NCBI GenBank assembly: GCA_963663965.2 | Contig: CAXXFK010000028.1 | Span: 64,001 to 128,000, forward strand | Length of the DNA stretch: 64,000 nucleotides | Direction of reading: 5' to 3' | DNA from: Sedimentisphaerales bacterium | Lineage (GTDB): Bacteria; Planctomycetota; Phycisphaerae; Sedimentisphaerales; SM23-30 | Part shown: positions 60,568 to 64,000 of the stretch, piece by piece | Numbering within the stretch: the first letter of the stretch is position 1 | How the letters are laid out: the number at the start of each line of letters is the position of its first letter | Translations under genes and position numbers: made by a program | Notes under the pieces: generated by a model | Database searches by the model: none | Seen by the model: the letters and a program-made list of their open reading frames with translations, nothing else | What the model was told of the DNA's origin: nothing

Positions 60568-63500
60568 GTGAATAAGCCTGTTTCATTTTTAATGATAATT
60601 GTTTTAGCCCTGTGCGAGCTTGCTGTAGCTTCAAACTCATATGATATTGTTGTTTATTGGTGGTACTTGCTCTGGGATAACTGCTGCAATTCAAGCTAAG
60701 AGAATGGGCAAGGATGTTATCCTGGTTATGCCCTGAAAAACATCTCGGAGGTTTGACTATTAGTGGTTTAGGGTGGACCGATACCAAGGATACGAATTGT
60801 ATTGGTGGTTTGGCCAGAGAGTTCTACCATAGGATATGGCAGTATTATAATGATCCTGAGGTATGGGTTTATCAGAACCGCAGCTCATATAATGTTAGTT
60901 GGCAGGCAGGTTCAGCTATTCAGGAAAGCAGTCAGACTATGTGGACATTTGAACCACATGTAGCCGAAGAAGTATTCGAACAATGGCTGATTGAAGAAGG
61001 AATAACAGTTGTCAGGAACCGCTGGCTGGACCGAAGCTCAGATGGAGTTATAAGATCTGGTAATAATATCACAGCTATCAAGACCCAGAGCTATGATGAT
61101 GATTTTGGCTTTTCTGATGCTGAGACTTATGCCGGCAAGATGTTTATAGATGCATCATATGAAGGTGACCTTATGGCTGTTGCCGGAGTAGCATATAGGA
61201 TTGGCAGAGATGATAAAAATGAATATAAAGAGTCTCTGAATGGTGTATATTTCAAATCCAGTGACCTTACCCCAGGAAATTCTCCGTATAAAAATATTGA
61301 TCCTTATGTTGTTCCGGGTGACCCTTCCAGTGGTTTGATTCGTCAAATTGAGAGTGAATTTGATGATATGAGCCAGATAGGTAAAGAGGACGGCCGCCTG
61401 CAGGCATTTAATTTCAGAATGTGCATGACAGATGTTAGTTCTAACAGGGTAGCGATAGAAAAGCCGCTAGCTTATGATGAAAGAGATTATGAGCTGCTGT
61501 TCAGACTGTATGAGGCAGGGCAGAACCCTGGTTTTACCGATCAGAGAATGCCAAATCTAAAGACTGATAATAATAATAGCGGGCTGATGTCACTTGACTG
61601 GCCAGGCGGCAATTACTCAATGGACGATAACTGGATATATTCAGAGGCTAGCTACACTGAGCGGATGAATTATGTTAAGAGACAGCGGGATTATCAGCAG
61701 GGGCTGCTCTGGACTATGCTTTATCATCCTCGTGTGCCGGCTGCTTCTCGCAGCAGCAAGGTAAAGTGGGGGCTGCCTAAAGATGAATTTGCAGATAATG
61801 GTCATTGGCCGTACTTCTCTTATGTGCGTGAGGCTCGCAGGATGGAAGGTGAAATGGTTATGACCGAGCATCATGTGAAGATGGAAAGTGGCTACACAGT
61901 ATATGATTCGATCGGGCAGGGTTCATATTCTCTGGATTCTCATGTAGTACGTCGTGTTGTAATAGATGGGGCTATATGGGATGAAGGCGGATTCTATCTC
62001 TGGTGGAGTAATGGCTATCCTATAAGCTATAAATCAATAGTGCCAAAGCGTGAACAGGCCAATAATTTGCTGGTTCCGGTTTGTCTTTCTGCCAGTCATG
62101 CTGCTTTTGGCAGTATTCGTATGGAACCGACTTATATGATCCTGGGGCAGTCAGCTGCAACTGCGGCCGTCTTGTCATTGGATAATGATTATGATCTGCA
62201 GGATCTGCCATATGATATTCTGAGAACAAGATTGTTGTCTGATGGACAGCGGTTAAAAGAAACTTTTTCGTCAAAATATAATTCTGTTTTGCTGAACTTT
62301 GGGCCGGAGATAAGTAATGATGATAACAGCCCAGCCCATGATGTTGGCAAAATCTCTGGAAATAACTGGAATTCTATTACAGCAGACACTAGTTCTAACA
62401 TAATCAATTCTGTTGGTAATTCGACTGATATACAAGTTGATCTTGGTAAGACATTACCTGGTCAGAAAGTGATTAAATGGGATCTTGATGGTTTTATTAG
62501 CAATGCGTTAGGCACTGACTATAGCACTGGTGTGTATCAGGGGAATGCCAGAAGTGCACTATATGTTAACGATGGTAAAAATAGCGATGTTGCTTTAGGT
62601 GTAAGGATATCAGGGCTTGATGCAGGTGTATATGGTTTTTTCCTCACTGCTGTTAATACCAATACCACGGTTTCTGACGCTTATGAAATATATGTTTATG
62701 AAGCAGGGACTTCAGATGGCGATTTTGATTTCAGTGACAAAAATGCAATATTGCTGGAAAATCAAAAAGATAATGACTCCTGGCTGGTAAATCAAAACTT
62801 TGCCATAGCTCAGTCAGGGTATACATCTGGTAATGATATTATAATTGTAGTAGAGGGGCTGGAAAGTGCAGGCTATCGAGCATTTATAAATACGCTGGAA
62901 ATTGTACCGCTTGCGATTTCTCCATTGGCACCTAAAGTAGTAGTAGAACCAGAAAGTCAAACAGTTGCGTTAAATGGTAGTGATAATTCTGCGACTTTTA
63001 CCTGTTGCTTCAAAAGCAGTTCTTCAGCTGCAGTAAGGTGGTATCGAAAAAAAACAAATCAAGCGGCTGAATTGCTTGAGGTTGTTCCCGGTGAGATTGA
63101 GATCATTGGGCCAGATTATGATAATGAATTCAATTACTATTCTACTTCACTTGTAATGTCTAATATTGATCATTCAGATGTCGGCAGTTATATTTGTTAT
63201 CTTGAAAATGAAGATGGTAGTTGTATTTCTAATTCAGGGTTACTGTTAGTCGCTGAGCTGCAGGCTCACTGGTCTTTAGATCAGCAGGACTATTCTGATG
63301 GTATATATAATGATATTTCTGGATATAATAGAAATGTTTCTGTTTCTGGGACCCCTCAATTCGTAAATGGCGCAGATAATAGCAGTGATGGTTCTGTTTC
63401 GGTAACATCCGGGCAAAGCTGCGGTACGGCAGGTTCATGGGACCCGCTGGAAGATACCGGGAAGTTCAGTATTAGCTGCTGGCTCTATTGGACAGGCGGT

Positions 63501-64000
63501 ACTCAGACAAGCATGATCATGGATAAGGCTGATAGTTGGAGTACTTCTCAGATGATGTGGGCTTTGGGATTGAATCCTACCACAAAATCAATTAATTTTG
63601 TAGCGGCTGGGTCAAGTGCATTTCAGACTCCGATCAGTAGTACTGACTTGGCTCTCAATAGATGGCATCATTTGATTGTAACGTACGATAAAGACACTAA
63701 ACAGGCAAATCTATATGTTGATATGAAGTATATCGATAGCTGTTCGTTTGATATGGGTACTAAGGCTGATAGTGTTGTGCATGTAGGCTGTAGTGCTAGT
63801 GGTAATTATTTCAATGGAATGCTGGATGATATTAGAATATATAACTATGTTCTGGATGAACGTGGTATGCTCGAAGCGTATAATGGTGCCGCTGCTGATA
63901 AAGTAAACATTTGCTTGCTTGATAGCTATAGTAGCCAGTTTGACATAACAGGACCGGACAATTATTCGGATTGCAGGGTGGATTTATATGATCTTTCCTG
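60568..64000 (+). CDS. Secreted FAD-dependent oxidoreductase (FAD_oxidored family) fused to Ig, LamG and dockerin-like domains; two +1 frameshifts near the 5' end; runs off the window
   Basis: Manual translation: signal peptide, YDIVVY/GGTCSGITAA...KHLGGLTISGLGWTD, FIDASYEGDLMAVAGV, YVREARRM, YSLDSH, SASHAAFGSIRMEP, ending ...DITGPDNYSDCRVDLYDL; absent from the ORF track, consistent with no stop before the window end. Confidence 0.85.

Overview
Bacterial chromosome segment, most likely a planctomycete of the Phycisphaerae/Sedimentisphaerales type. This is inferred from repeated ECF sigma/FecR pairs, a prepilin-type (DUF1559-like) protein, a PEP-CTERM protein and LamG/Ig proteins with dockerin-like tails. 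1-15 kb: Wzx/Wzy-type surface polysaccharide cluster (manC, gmd, flippase, polymerase, five GT4s, CapK-like ligase, GNAT), then a PMI and a nucleotide-sugar dehydrogenase. 15-31.5 kb: housekeeping and regulatory genes (DUF294/CBS nucleotidyltransferase + DEDDh exonuclease, FHA, sigma70, IMPase, AraC, proC, degenerate PMI paralogue, pseudouridine synthase, phoH-HDIG-ybeY-hemolysin/CBS-hldD). 31.6 kb: tRNA-Arg(TCT), followed by the most striking feature, an apparently non-coding 1,562-bp spacer-less imperfect palindrome (31737-33298). Its two arms are each 781 bp, about 83-85% complementary by manual alignment, with clustered transversion-rich mismatches and T-tracts on both flanks. 33.5-64 kb: accessory glycan-sensing/utilisation region built from three ECF sigma + FecR cassettes and secreted modular proteins (GH97, GH2, FAD oxidoreductase, LamG/Ig proteins). 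It also carries a thrice-repeated ~30-bp hairpin/recombination-like site and a shared putative ECF promoter. Several single-base frameshifts suggest long-read consensus errors, so structural claims need read-level checks.
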